Counted from the first letter of the stretch, positions 6,307-13,898 are shown. The stretch is 13,943 bases of DNA from Desulfuromonadaceae bacterium (GCA_019429445.1 JAHYIW010000042.1:1-13943), one strand, 5' to 3'. Notes: a model not told the origin generated them from the letters alone. Numbers and translations: made by a program.

Positions 6307-7449
6307 TTAACCCTTCATGATATGGGTCTGGTGGTCCTGCGTATCGATGGCATTGCACATCGTCTTGCCGTCGATGGCCAGGCTTTCGTCTTTGTTGGCG
6401 TAGAGTTCATTCCATTGTTGCAGCGCCCGGTCGAGATGGTCGGGTTCGACGCGGATCAGGACATTACGGATAATCGATTCGCTGGGGACGATAAAGACCC
6501 CTTTCACGTAGCGGCAGCGGAACCGTTCCCGCGCTTTGGGGCCGAGGTTTTTCGCCCAATCCGAGATCGCCTTATAGCCACGCATCCCGCAGAGCGTCGC
6601 TCCTGCGGCAATCGCCAGCACCGTGGCGAGGCGATGGCGGCGCCCCTGGGGGGTTCGCGGGTCTGGAATAGCGGTAAAGAAATCGGGCAAGGATCGCATC
6701 TGATCGGCGGTCAACATCATCTTCGGAGCTCCATGACAATAACGGGGATGAAGGACAGGGCGAGATAACAATGATTGTGCTTTGGGCTGCAAGGGACGAA
6801 CAAACACCATCTTGGGTGATTGAGTCAGAAGGCTATAGCCCTGACGAGAGCGACGAAACCCCTTGGTCTGCCCTACGCAAAGCCAGTTGGCCGCCTTGTA
6901 GACGGTGCCATGGTAGCGCTGCGGGTCAACAAAGGTTTCCATCAACAGCAGGGGATGGCCGAACCGCACCAGCCAGTCGTTTTGGATTCTTTTTTCGCAC
7001 AACGACAAGGTGCGTGATCCCAAGTTCGGGATGTGCCACTGAGGCAGAATCAAAAATCGACTATTGTTGGCCACCAGTTTTAAACGATCATACTGGTGTC
7101 GGTAACTCCAACCAATCCATCGATCCCGAGCCGCGCACTTTAAAGCGGCGGCAGAAAAGGTCAATAATGCGACCCATTCGTCATTTAACGTCGCGACATA
7201 CCAGAGGGTTTCGCTGATTTTAGGCAGATCCCCAAGGTAGTGATGACGTTGCATCAGTTCCCGATAACGAGTCTCTTCAAATGACACGGCGGGGCGAACG
7301 TGGATCGCGTTTAAACTCAATGTTGAATTCTCCGAGGATGAAGGAGTTTCCTTTATACGCGATCTGTGGCTGTTTGACCAGAAAAAAGATGAAATTGGCA
7401 AGGTAGCGGGGTTTGTGGGTTGGGACGAATTCGCCCTGGAAGTGATCAT
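6307..7449 (-). mobile_element. Truncated ISAs1-family-like transposase gene (IS remnant). A 250-aa N-terminal domain of uncertain family is fused to the ISAs1 N-terminal (DDE_Tnp_1-associated) domain. The DDE catalytic domain is absent
   Basis: 380-aa ORF. Residues about 255-310 (FFTAIPDPRTPQGRRHRLATVLAIAAGATLCGMRGYKAISDWAKNL) match the ISAs1/H-repeat transposase N-terminal signature (IPDPR..G.RH.L..IL.IA..A.LCG....I..W). The following LAIDGKTMCNA...QTHIM matches the AIDGKT(L)RGS...HMVSAF block. The ORF stops there, only about 110 bp before the cytochrome terminator, so the roughly 250-aa DDE domain is missing. The N-terminal part (ETRYRELMQRHHYLG...WVALLTFSAAALKCAARDRWIGW...VDPQRYHGTVYKAANW) is tentatively recalled as the DUF4338-type domain found fused to such transposases and in DruA. 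That assignment is from memory. Confidence 0.6.
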
Positions 7450-7537
7450 TTATCCGTTGATCTTGAACTGATCAGGCGCAAAACGCACGCCGCGGAGGAG
7501 GCCGCGATGCACTGCTGATCCGCAGCAGAAAAGAACG

Positions 7538-7553
7538 ATTCATTCATTCATTC
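7538..7553. repeat. (ATTC)4 tetranucleotide microsatellite overlapping the -35 element of the predicted SPFH-operon promoter
   Basis: Read directly: attcattcattcattc. Confidence 0.5.
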
Positions 7554-7579
7554 ACAAGTTGTGTTTTTTCTATTACAAT
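7551..7579 (+). promoter_or_regulatory. Putative sigma70-type promoter TTCACA-N17-TACAAT for the SPFH/zinc-ribbon operon
   Basis: Read directly: TTCACA 7551-7556, 17-nt spacer, TACAAT 7574-7579. Gives an about 85-nt 5' UTR before RBS GGAGGA (7656-7661) and ATG 7666. Confidence 0.4.
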
Positions 7580-7665
7580 GACCGCTGGTTATTTGAATCT
7601 GCTGTTACTTGTCGGTTGCATCCGAAACCAGTAAATGACTTTTTCCGTCCCCAGTGGAGGATATT

Positions 7666-8673
7666 ATGGCGATCATTGATGGCATCAAGCGACAGTTACG
7701 ATCCGTTATCGAGTGGCGTGACCCCCGCCCCGACGCCCTGTTTACTCAATGGAGTGACAACGGTGACGAAATTAAAAATGCGTCGAAGTTGATCGTCAAT
7801 CCAGGGCAGGGGTGCATCTTCGTCTATGAAGGGAACATCCAGTCGGTACTGATGAACCCCTGCATGGTGTCCCTTGATACGGCGAATATTCCGTTCTGGA
7901 CCACCATCAGGAAATTTATGCAATTTTTTGAGAGTGAGCATAAGGTCGGCATTTACTTTTTTCGGACGACTAAAATACTCAATCAAAAATGGGGAACCCT
8001 GGCTCCGATCAAATATGAGGATACCAGATTCGGATTTCCCGTGGCACTGAAGGCGTTTGGCAACTTCAGTTATCGGGTCGTCGATCCACGCGATTTTTTT
8101 GTTAATGTCGTTGGGGGGCACAATGACTTTACGACCGATGCCTTTCGCACCATTATGAATGAGCGGCTGGTTCATTCCATCTCCGATTTTCTGGCTGAAC
8201 AACGCCTTGCCTATACGGAAATCGATTCCCGGCGCGAGGAGATTGCTGCCGGTTTGTCCGCCAAGTTATCAAGCGATTTTGCCGTCTTCGGATTTGAATT
8301 TACCGATTTCAGAATTGAGGGGTTAAATTTTGACGACGATACGGTGCGCCGTATCGGGCGTATCGCTGACCTGGCCGCGGAAGCGCAGGCGGTCAAGGCG
8401 GTGGGCATCGATTACGCTGAACTGCAACGGCTTGATGCTTTAAAAGAGGCGGCCAAAAACGAGAGCGGCGGAGCCGGGATTGGTGTTGGCCTCGGTGCCG
8501 GGCTCGGCATGGGGCAGGCGATGGCCCAATCGATGGGACAATCAATCGCGGCGGCACCGGCAGCGGCAGACCCGCTGGCCAAACTCGCCCTGCTTAAACA
8601 GATGCACGCGCAGGAGCTGATCACCGACGAGGAATACGCGGCCAGGAAAAAAGCGCTCCTCGATGCCATGTGA
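7666..8673 (+). CDS. YdjI-like SPFH/Band-7 family protein (COG4260 'virion core protein-like') with a Gly-rich segment and a C-terminal SHOCT domain
   Basis: The N-terminus MAIIDGIKRQ...WRDP...SKLIVNPGQGCIFVYEGN...NIPFWT matches the conserved MAIIDVIK...LIV.ESQ.A.F..G...NIPF start of B. subtilis YdjI-type proteins. Glycine-zipper-like GGAGIGVGLGAGLGMGQAMAQSMGQ. The C-terminal LAKLALLKQMHAQELITDEEYAARKKALLDAM matches the SHOCT motif. The ATG at 7666 has an RBS; the GTG at 7654 in the track does not. Codon usage is visibly AT-richer than flanking core genes. Confidence 0.85.
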   Translation: MAIIDGIKRQLRSVIEWRDPRPDALFTQWSDNGDEIKNASKLIVNPGQGCIFVYEGNIQSVLMNPCMVSLDTANIPFWTTIRKFMQFFESEHKVGIYFFRTTKILNQKWGTLAPIKYEDTRFGFPVALKAFGNFSYRVVDPRDFFVNVVGGHNDFTTDAFRTIMNERLVHSISDFLAEQRLAYTEIDSRREEIAAGLSAKLSSDFAVFGFEFTDFRIEGLNFDDDTVRRIGRIADLAAEAQAVKAVGIDYAELQRLDALKEAAKNESGGAGIGVGLGAGLGMGQAMAQSMGQSIAAAPAAADPLAKLALLKQMHAQELITDEEYAARKKALLDAM

Positions 8674-9370
8674 GTCATCAACGATGCCGAATTGCCTGAG
8701 TTGCTCCGCTCCATTACCGTCCGATACCAGTCTTTGCAGTTATTGTGGCACCCGTAACGACATGGACTTGTCGGCGTTGAAACGCTATGCCGTCTCCCGT
8801 TCGCCATCGTCTCGCTACTGCCCTGATTGTGACATTCCTCTGACCGCAATGACTCTCGATGTTGGTGATCAATTTGTCATCGAACGCTGTGAATGTTGCT
8901 TCGGGGTGTTTTTCGACCCCGGCGAGGTACAGACCATGCTGGAAGCCTCGGTGGCGTCGGTCTTTGAAATCAATTACCAGCAGATCGTTAATATTTCCAG
9001 GGAACGTGGCAGTCAGAAGCGTCCGGTGCGTTATATCAAGTGCCCGGAGTGCGGCAAGCTGATGAACCGGATCGCTTTCGGCTATCGAAGCGGGGTTATC
9101 GTTGATCAATGCCGGGCACATGGGGTCTGGCTCGACAATGGTGAGCTGATTCAACTGATGGAGTGGAAACGGGCTGGCGGCGGGCTTTTGGCGGAGCAGC
9201 GCGCACCACAACGCCGCGCCGCAGCAGACACGGTTAAAAAGTCCGCCTATCGTTCGCCACCGACCGCATTAACGTCAGCCTCGCTCAACACTGACGCCAC
9301 CTCGCCCGAGGATCCTTTTGATGAGCTGGTCACCTCCGCGGTCAATTTTATCGGTCGCCTTTTTCGCTAG
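8663..9370 (+). CDS. YdjG-like multi-zinc-ribbon protein: an N-terminal C4 zinc ribbon plus two TFIIB-type zinc-ribbon modules (PF13453-like), with an acidic amphipathic C-terminal tail
   Basis: CLSC...CSYC. Then YCPDCDIPL...IERCECCFGVFFDPGEV and IKCPECGKLMNRI...VDQCRAHGVWLDNGELIQL, each matching CPxC...(V/I)(D/E)xCxxCxGxW(F/L)DxGE(L/V). Its start overlaps the stop of the SPFH gene (8663-8673), so they form an operon. Confidence 0.8.
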   Translation: MPCESSTMPNCLSCSAPLPSDTSLCSYCGTRNDMDLSALKRYAVSRSPSSRYCPDCDIPLTAMTLDVGDQFVIERCECCFGVFFDPGEVQTMLEASVASVFEINYQQIVNISRERGSQKRPVRYIKCPECGKLMNRIAFGYRSGVIVDQCRAHGVWLDNGELIQLMEWKRAGGGLLAEQRAPQRRAAADTVKKSAYRSPPTALTSASLNTDATSPEDPFDELVTSAVNFIGRLFR

Positions 9371-9406
9371 AAAAAACGGTTCAAGGTCGGGCTGTTCGTT
9401 GAACCC
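9371..9406 (-). terminator. Intrinsic terminator for the minus-strand lipoprotein gene
   Basis: On the minus strand, stem GGTTCAA/TTGAACC (9378-9384 with 9399-9405, 14-nt loop) is followed by a T6 tract (complement of AAAAAA 9371-9376). It sits 40 nt after the TGA at 9446-9448. A second GC hairpin CTGCGG/CCGCAG lies at 9412-9430 in the convergent gap. Confidence 0.55.
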
Positions 9407-9445
9407 GCGTTCTGCGGCCTTGAGCCGCAGCCCGTTCATCCCCCG

Positions 9446-10276
9446 TCAAAACGGTCGACGGCTCTTGCCTTGCTGGTAGGTGCCGTCAAACGGAGCGAGC
9501 TCAATACGGATATTATCGATAAACTCGCCATCCTTGACCGCCAACGGTTCGTCCAGTTGGCCGAACGGTTCCCCTTCCTGCGGCATATCCCAGGCATGAA
9601 TGCGACCGGCCAGATAATAAACGCCCCCGGCGGGCAGATAAATGGTGAAACGCCCCTCGGAATCAGTGAGGCTTGAGGCATAGTCGGGAAGCCGTTTCAT
9701 CTCGGCGTCGGTGTAAGCCATCGCAAAACCGCCCGGCACCGGCTGCCCGGCGGTGTCGGTGAGGATGCCGCGTACGCCGGTGTTCGAGGTCGCCTCAGTG
9801 ACTTTTTTAAAAAACATCGGCGCCTTCATCGGGGCCAGACCGAGATTGACCAGCGACATCTTGCCGTCGATGACGCGCGTTACAATGCGCTGATGCTCGG
9901 AGAAATAGTCGCCGGGAGAGAGCGGACCGGTCGGGCTGCCGCTGGAACGTTTGCGGGCGACGACAAAGTAGGTCCCTGGCGGGACATCGATCATGTAACT
10001 GCCGTCAGCACCGGTCGGGGCGGAAATAAATTGCGACGGGCCGAGCAGGTTGGAAATCCCGTCGGGGTAAATATTGACGAAGGCTACCGAGACCGGCTGG
10101 CCGCCGTCTTTGAAGTAGACCATCCCTTTAATTCCGGTCTGTCCTCCCGCATCAACAAAATTTTCGACCCACAGGTCTCCTGCCGGAGTCACGGTTTTAT
10201 TCGTCAGACTGGCACAGCCACCCAAAAGGAGTGTGGCGAGGACAAGCAGCAGTATATCTCGCGATCGGTTAAACAT
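9446..10276 (-). CDS. Lipoprotein with two carboxypeptidase-regulatory-like (transthyretin-like beta-sandwich) domains
   Basis: 276 aa. Signal peptide plus lipobox LLGGC|AS. Two repeats of the G(I/V)xGxV..xxGQPV...(A/Y)...DG(S/R)(Y/F)xI.(V/L)P.G.Y pattern: GIKGMVYFKDGGQPVS...GADGSYMIDVPPGTYFVVAR and GVRGILTDTAGQPVPG...DSEGRFTIYLPAGGVYYLAGR. RBS AGGAGG 6 nt upstream of ATG 10276. Confidence 0.8.
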   Translation of the reverse strand: MFNRSRDILLLVLATLLLGGCASLTNKTVTPAGDLWVENFVDAGGQTGIKGMVYFKDGGQPVSVAFVNIYPDGISNLLGPSQFISAPTGADGSYMIDVPPGTYFVVARKRSSGSPTGPLSPGDYFSEHQRIVTRVIDGKMSLVNLGLAPMKAPMFFKKVTEATSNTGVRGILTDTAGQPVPGGFAMAYTDAEMKRLPDYASSLTDSEGRFTIYLPAGGVYYLAGRIHAWDMPQEGEPFGQLDEPLAVKDGEFIDNIRIELAPFDGTYQQGKSRRPF

Positions 10277-10317
10277 GGGAAACCTCCTTGCGGCAAGAGC
10301 GGTCTAAGATGATCAAA

Positions 10318-10346
10318 AATAAAATTTCAATAAGTGAGACAGTCAA
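10318..10346 (-). promoter_or_regulatory. Putative promoter of the lipoprotein gene (minus strand, TTGACT-N17-TTTATT)
   Basis: Revcomp of 10341-10346 is TTGACT and revcomp of 10318-10323 is TTTATT, with a 17-nt spacer. The -10 element is only moderate. Confidence 0.3.
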
Positions 10347-10420
10347 CTTGCATTCTAGCGTTTGTGGAGAAAATGTCAAAGGAGCTGGCGTCGCAAAAAG
10401 TCCACCCTCCGGCGTTACAC

Positions 10421-10473
10421 TGGTTTTTCAGGACCTCGACCGCCTGATGCAGGCCTTCGCCCCTGAAAAACCA
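10421..10473. promoter_or_regulatory. Perfect 12-bp inverted repeat TGGTTTTTCAGG (10421-10432) / CCTGAAAAACCA (10462-10473) with a 29-nt spacer containing a nested GCCTG-atg-CAGGC hairpin; candidate operator or structured element in the divergent lipoprotein/glpD intergenic region
   Basis: Read directly. It is followed by two direct AATTTTTGC repeats (10492-10500 and 10511-10519, 19-bp period) placed at about -80 and -60 relative to the predicted glpD transcription start. Confidence 0.3.
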
Positions 10474-10537
10474 CCAAGCCTTGGAGGACGAAATTTTTGC
10501 TTGGCCAGCTAATTTTTGCGAGTGCACCAAAGGAGCG

Positions 10538-10566
10538 TTGCAAATGAAATTGCGTGCAGATAGAAT
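10538..10566 (+). promoter_or_regulatory. Putative sigma70-type promoter TTGCAA-N17-TAGAAT placing the transcription start on or next to the glpD ATG (leaderless mRNA)
   Basis: TTGCAA 10538-10543, 17-nt spacer, TAGAAT 10561-10566. The annotated ATG at 10573 sits 6-7 nt downstream of the -10 with no SD in between. Confidence 0.35.
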
Positions 10567-10572
10567 ACGCGG

Positions 10573-12207
10573 ATGACTGAGCAGACAGAGACAGACCGGC
10601 GGCCAGCGCAACTGCAACGGTTGCGTGAAGAACACTTTGAAGCGCTGATTATCGGCGGCGGCATCAACGGTGCGGGGCTCGCCCGCGACCTGGCATTGCG
10701 TGGTTTCCAGGTGGCACTGGTCGAGAAGGGCGATTATGCCAGTGGCACTTCGAGTGCTTCGACCAAGCTCATCCATGGTGGCTTGCGCTATCTGGAAAAC
10801 TTCGATTTTCGCCTGGTTTTTGAAGCCTGTCGCGAACGGCGCACACTGCGACGCATTGCCCCCCATCTGGTCCATCCTCTCCCGTTTCTGATTCCGGTCT
10901 ATCAGGGGGATCCCCGCCCGCTGTGGATGGTGCGCGCCGGGATGTGGCTCTACGACCTGCTGGCGCTCTTCCGCAATACCGGACGACACAGTATTCTGAC
11001 GCCAAAAGTGGCGCTGGAACGTGAACCGGAGCTGCATCCCGAGGGGCTCAGCGGGGTCGCGCTCTATTGGGACTGTCGTATGGACGACGCCCGGCTGTGT
11101 CTCGAAAACATTCTCGGCGCAACCGCAGCGGGCGCAGTGACTGCCAACTATCTGCCCGTTGTTGAGCTGTTGCGCGAAGCGGGGCGAAGTGCCGGAGTCC
11201 GGGTCCGGGATACGGAGAGCGGCGATGAATTTATCATTCGGGCCAAGGTGGTGATTAACGCCACCGGGCCCTGGCTGGAGCACGTCTGTGCCTTGGCCGG
11301 GGATCATGGTGTGAAGTTGCGACCGACGCGCGGCACCCACATTCTGGTGCCACGCATCAATCATGGCGAGGAAGCCCTTTATTTGACCGCCGGGGGGGAT
11401 GGTCGCCTCTTTTTTGTGATCCCCTGGAAAGAATTATCACTGATCGGCACAACCGACGATGATGATCGCGGTGATCCCGACCGGGTCGTTGCCACCGAGG
11501 CGGATATTGCTTATCTGCTCGCGGAATCGCGACGCCACCTGCGCAATGTGCGTCTGCAACGCCGCGATGTTGTTGCCTCCTTCTCCGGCTTGCGGGCGTT
11601 GGCGATTGATGAGGCGGCCAACACTGGCCGCACCTCGCGTGAACACCGGATCTACACCGACGCCAGCGGTCTGATTTCGATCGCCGGGGGGAAATATACC
11701 ACTTATCGGGCGGTGGCGGCAGAGCTTGCCGATCTGGTCGCCAGGCGGCTGGGGAAATACGGCGCGGAGCTGACCGCTACGCTGCCATTGCCGGGGGGAG
11801 CGACCGGAAAATTTTCCCGCTATGTGGCGCAGCAGACCCCGCTATTGGCGAGGCGCTACGGCTGTGCCGATGCCACGGTTCGGCGCTTGCTGGGGATCTA
11901 CGGATCACGGACGGAAGCGGTGCTGGCCCTGACCGCAACTGAACCGGAGCTGTTGCAACCGGTGGTTGCCGGTTCAACATTGCTCGCTGCGCAGGTCGTG
12001 TTTGCCGCTATGAACGAACAGGCCCGCACCCCCGAGGATGTATTGCGACGCCGCACGCCGCTGGCGCTGGAACGCGGTTGCGGCATGGCCGAACTGACTG
12101 CGGTCAGTCGTTTGCTGGCGCAACGGCTGGGGACGACAACGGCCACGCAACAGCAATGGGAAACTGATTATCGCCACAAATACAAGGATGTCGATGATGA
12201 AAATTGA
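10573..12207 (+). CDS. glpD: FAD-dependent glycerol-3-phosphate dehydrogenase (GlpD/GlpA family)
   Basis: 544 aa. The N-terminal dinucleotide-binding fold ALIIGGGINGAGLARDLALRGFQVALVEKGDYASGTSSASTKLIHGGLRYLENFDFRLVFEA is near-identical in pattern to E. coli GlpD. Also INATGPW, IGTTDDD and AGGKYTTYR motifs. There is no Cys-rich BFD-like C-terminus, so it is more GlpD-like than GlpA-like. Confidence 0.9.
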   Translation: MTEQTETDRRPAQLQRLREEHFEALIIGGGINGAGLARDLALRGFQVALVEKGDYASGTSSASTKLIHGGLRYLENFDFRLVFEACRERRTLRRIAPHLVHPLPFLIPVYQGDPRPLWMVRAGMWLYDLLALFRNTGRHSILTPKVALEREPELHPEGLSGVALYWDCRMDDARLCLENILGATAAGAVTANYLPVVELLREAGRSAGVRVRDTESGDEFIIRAKVVINATGPWLEHVCALAGDHGVKLRPTRGTHILVPRINHGEEALYLTAGGDGRLFFVIPWKELSLIGTTDDDDRGDPDRVVATEADIAYLLAESRRHLRNVRLQRRDVVASFSGLRALAIDEAANTGRTSREHRIYTDASGLISIAGGKYTTYRAVAAELADLVARRLGKYGAELTATLPLPGGATGKFSRYVAQQTPLLARRYGCADATVRRLLGIYGSRTEAVLALTATEPELLQPVVAGSTLLAAQVVFAAMNEQARTPEDVLRRRTPLALERGCGMAELTAVSRLLAQRLGTTTATQQQWETDYRHKYKDVDDEN

Positions 12208-13690
12208 GGTTAAAGCAGCAAACGCCCTGAAACAGAAGACCCCGTGCCTGACCCTCGGGGTCTTTGACGGGCGACTGTCACCGCAGTTGCGGGAAGTTGA
12301 CAAACTGCTGGGCGGAGCACTCACGAACGCACGCCGTGACCAGGAATTCCGTGGCAAGGCAGGGGAGACGCTGCTCCTGACCAGCGCCGGACAGTTACCT
12401 GCCAGACGCGTGCTGCTGGTCGGGCTCGGCAAAGCGGCACAGGTTGACCGTGAAGGGTTGCGCCGCGCTGCCGCCAAAATGGTGCGCATTGTTCAGCAGC
12501 AACGTCTCGGCTCCGTCGTCACCGACCTGGCGACGCTGGGACCTGAAGGGCTGGCGGCAGCGGACTGCGCCGCCGCCGTGGTCGAGGGGGCCTGCCTGGC
12601 GAACTATCGCTTCGACCGCTATCGCACCGAGCAGCGTGACAAATTGCCGCCAGAACTGACGTGCGTGACGTTGCTGGCGTCACAACCCGCCCAGCTGGCG
12701 GCATTGACCGCAGGCGCTGAACGGGCGACGCAGCTGTGTCGCGGGGTAACGCTGGCGCGCGATCTGGTCAATGAACCGGGCAATATCAAGTCACCGGAAT
12801 TTCTGGCGCAAACCGCAATCACCATTGCCGCCGAGACCGGAATGCGCTGCACCGTTCTTGATCGTGCACAACTTGCCGCTGAGGGGCTGGGAGCACTCCT
12901 TGCCGTTGCCCAGGGGAGTCTCCGCGAGCCGCGCCTGATTACCCTCGAATACCGTGGCGGCGGCGACGCCAGGCCGGTCGCACTGATCGGTAAAGGAGTG
13001 GTGTTTGACGCCGGGGGAATTTCGCTGAAACCGGCGGAGAAGATGGATGAGATGAAGATGGACATGGGGGGCGCCGCAGCAGTACTCGGCACGCTGCTGG
13101 TCGCGGCGCTGCTCAAGCTGCCGCTTAATCTGATCGGGGTCATCCCGGCTGTGGAGAATATGCCCTCGGGAAGCGCCATGCGTCCCGGCGACATTATCAC
13201 CTCCCTCTCCGGCAAGACCATCGAAGTTCTCAATACCGATGCCGAAGGGCGGTTGATTCTTGCCGATGCGCTGACCTGGGTGGAACGCTATGACCCGCTC
13301 GCCATCATCGACCTGGCAACCCTCACCGGAGCGTGTATCATCGCCCTCGGCCATCACGCCACCGCGTTGCTGGGAAACAATGACAGGTTGGTCAGAGCCT
13401 TGCTCAAGGCCGGCGAGAGCAGCGGCGAACGGCTCTGGCAATTACCGCTGTGGGACAATTACGGCGAGCAACTCAAGAGCGAGGTCGCCGACCTGAAGAA
13501 CACCGGCGGTCGTCCGGCAGGGACCATCACCGCCGCTGCCTTTTTAAGCAACTTCGTCGGTGAACGCCCCTGGGCCCATCTTGATATCGCCGGAACCGCC
13601 TGGGCGGAGAAAGCAGCCGATTTCACGCAAGGAGGTGGAACCGGGGTCGGGGTGCGCCTGCTGGTCGAATACCTTACGTCACTGGGGTAA
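12188..13690 (+). CDS. pepA: Leucyl aminopeptidase (M17 family, PepA)
   Basis: Motifs GKGVVFDAGGISLKP, MKMDMGGAAAV, NTDAEGRL and LATLTGAC are M17 active-site signatures. Collinear with E. coli PepA from MKIEVK. Three in-frame ATGs (12188, 12194, 12197). SD AAGGA at 12184-12188 and alignment with E. coli favour 12194 or 12197. It overlaps the glpD stop (12205-12207), indicating translational coupling. Confidence 0.9.
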   Translation: MSMMKIEVKAANALKQKTPCLTLGVFDGRLSPQLREVDKLLGGALTNARRDQEFRGKAGETLLLTSAGQLPARRVLLVGLGKAAQVDREGLRRAAAKMVRIVQQQRLGSVVTDLATLGPEGLAAADCAAAVVEGACLANYRFDRYRTEQRDKLPPELTCVTLLASQPAQLAALTAGAERATQLCRGVTLARDLVNEPGNIKSPEFLAQTAITIAAETGMRCTVLDRAQLAAEGLGALLAVAQGSLREPRLITLEYRGGGDARPVALIGKGVVFDAGGISLKPAEKMDEMKMDMGGAAAVLGTLLVAALLKLPLNLIGVIPAVENMPSGSAMRPGDIITSLSGKTIEVLNTDAEGRLILADALTWVERYDPLAIIDLATLTGACIIALGHHATALLGNNDRLVRALLKAGESSGERLWQLPLWDNYGEQLKSEVADLKNTGGRPAGTITAAAFLSNFVGERPWAHLDIAGTAWAEKAADFTQGGGTGVGVRLLVEYLTSLG

Positions 13691-13882
13691 AGAATTTTAC
13701 CTTTATCGCAAGCCAATGAACGCCCTGTGGAAGCGCCCGGGGACCGGTTGCGTGGCCGAAACAAGGGGGTTTTGACCTTGCCAGTCTGGTGATTCTATGT
13801 TATGGCTAGGAGCCTGTCCGAGAATAAGGGCCGCAGCGAAAATCCAGAAGTTTGAGGGCAGATTTTAGCTCATTTGCAGCCT

Positions 13883-13898
13883 CATAGCCGTAGCTATG
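13883..13898. promoter_or_regulatory. Inverted repeat CATAGC-cgta-GCTATG, 20 bp upstream of the last gene start; candidate operator
   Basis: Read directly. A possible TTGACC-N18-TATGTT promoter lies at 13773-13802. Confidence 0.2.

Noticed and set aside
6307-7449. Interpreting the ORF as DruA of a Druantia anti-phage system because of its DUF4338-like N-terminal domain
   Set aside because: There is no DruB-E or DruH/DruE helicase genes nearby. The C-terminal half carries unmistakable ISAs1 transposase N-terminal motifs and then stops where the DDE domain should begin. This is an IS remnant.
9371-9445. Possible tRNA (GGTTCAAGG T-loop-like string in a 75-nt gap)
   Set aside because: No acceptor-stem complementarity, no D-loop or anticodon arm geometry, and the T-loop-like string is at the 5' rather than the 3' side. 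The structure is a terminator hairpin for the convergent lipoprotein gene.
10501-10520. Sigma54 promoter (TTGGCC ... TTTTGC) upstream of glpD
   Set aside because: The GG-to-GC spacing is 13 nt rather than the required 10, and the -24 element lacks the conserved GGCAC.
10327-13441. Large antisense ORFs within glpD and pepA (10327..11364-, 10769..11005-, 11974..12489-, 12619..13233-, 12791..13441-, and small + frame ORFs)
   Set aside because: These are shadow ORFs produced by about 63% GC coding sequence. The sense-strand products have near-complete GlpD and PepA motif collinearity.
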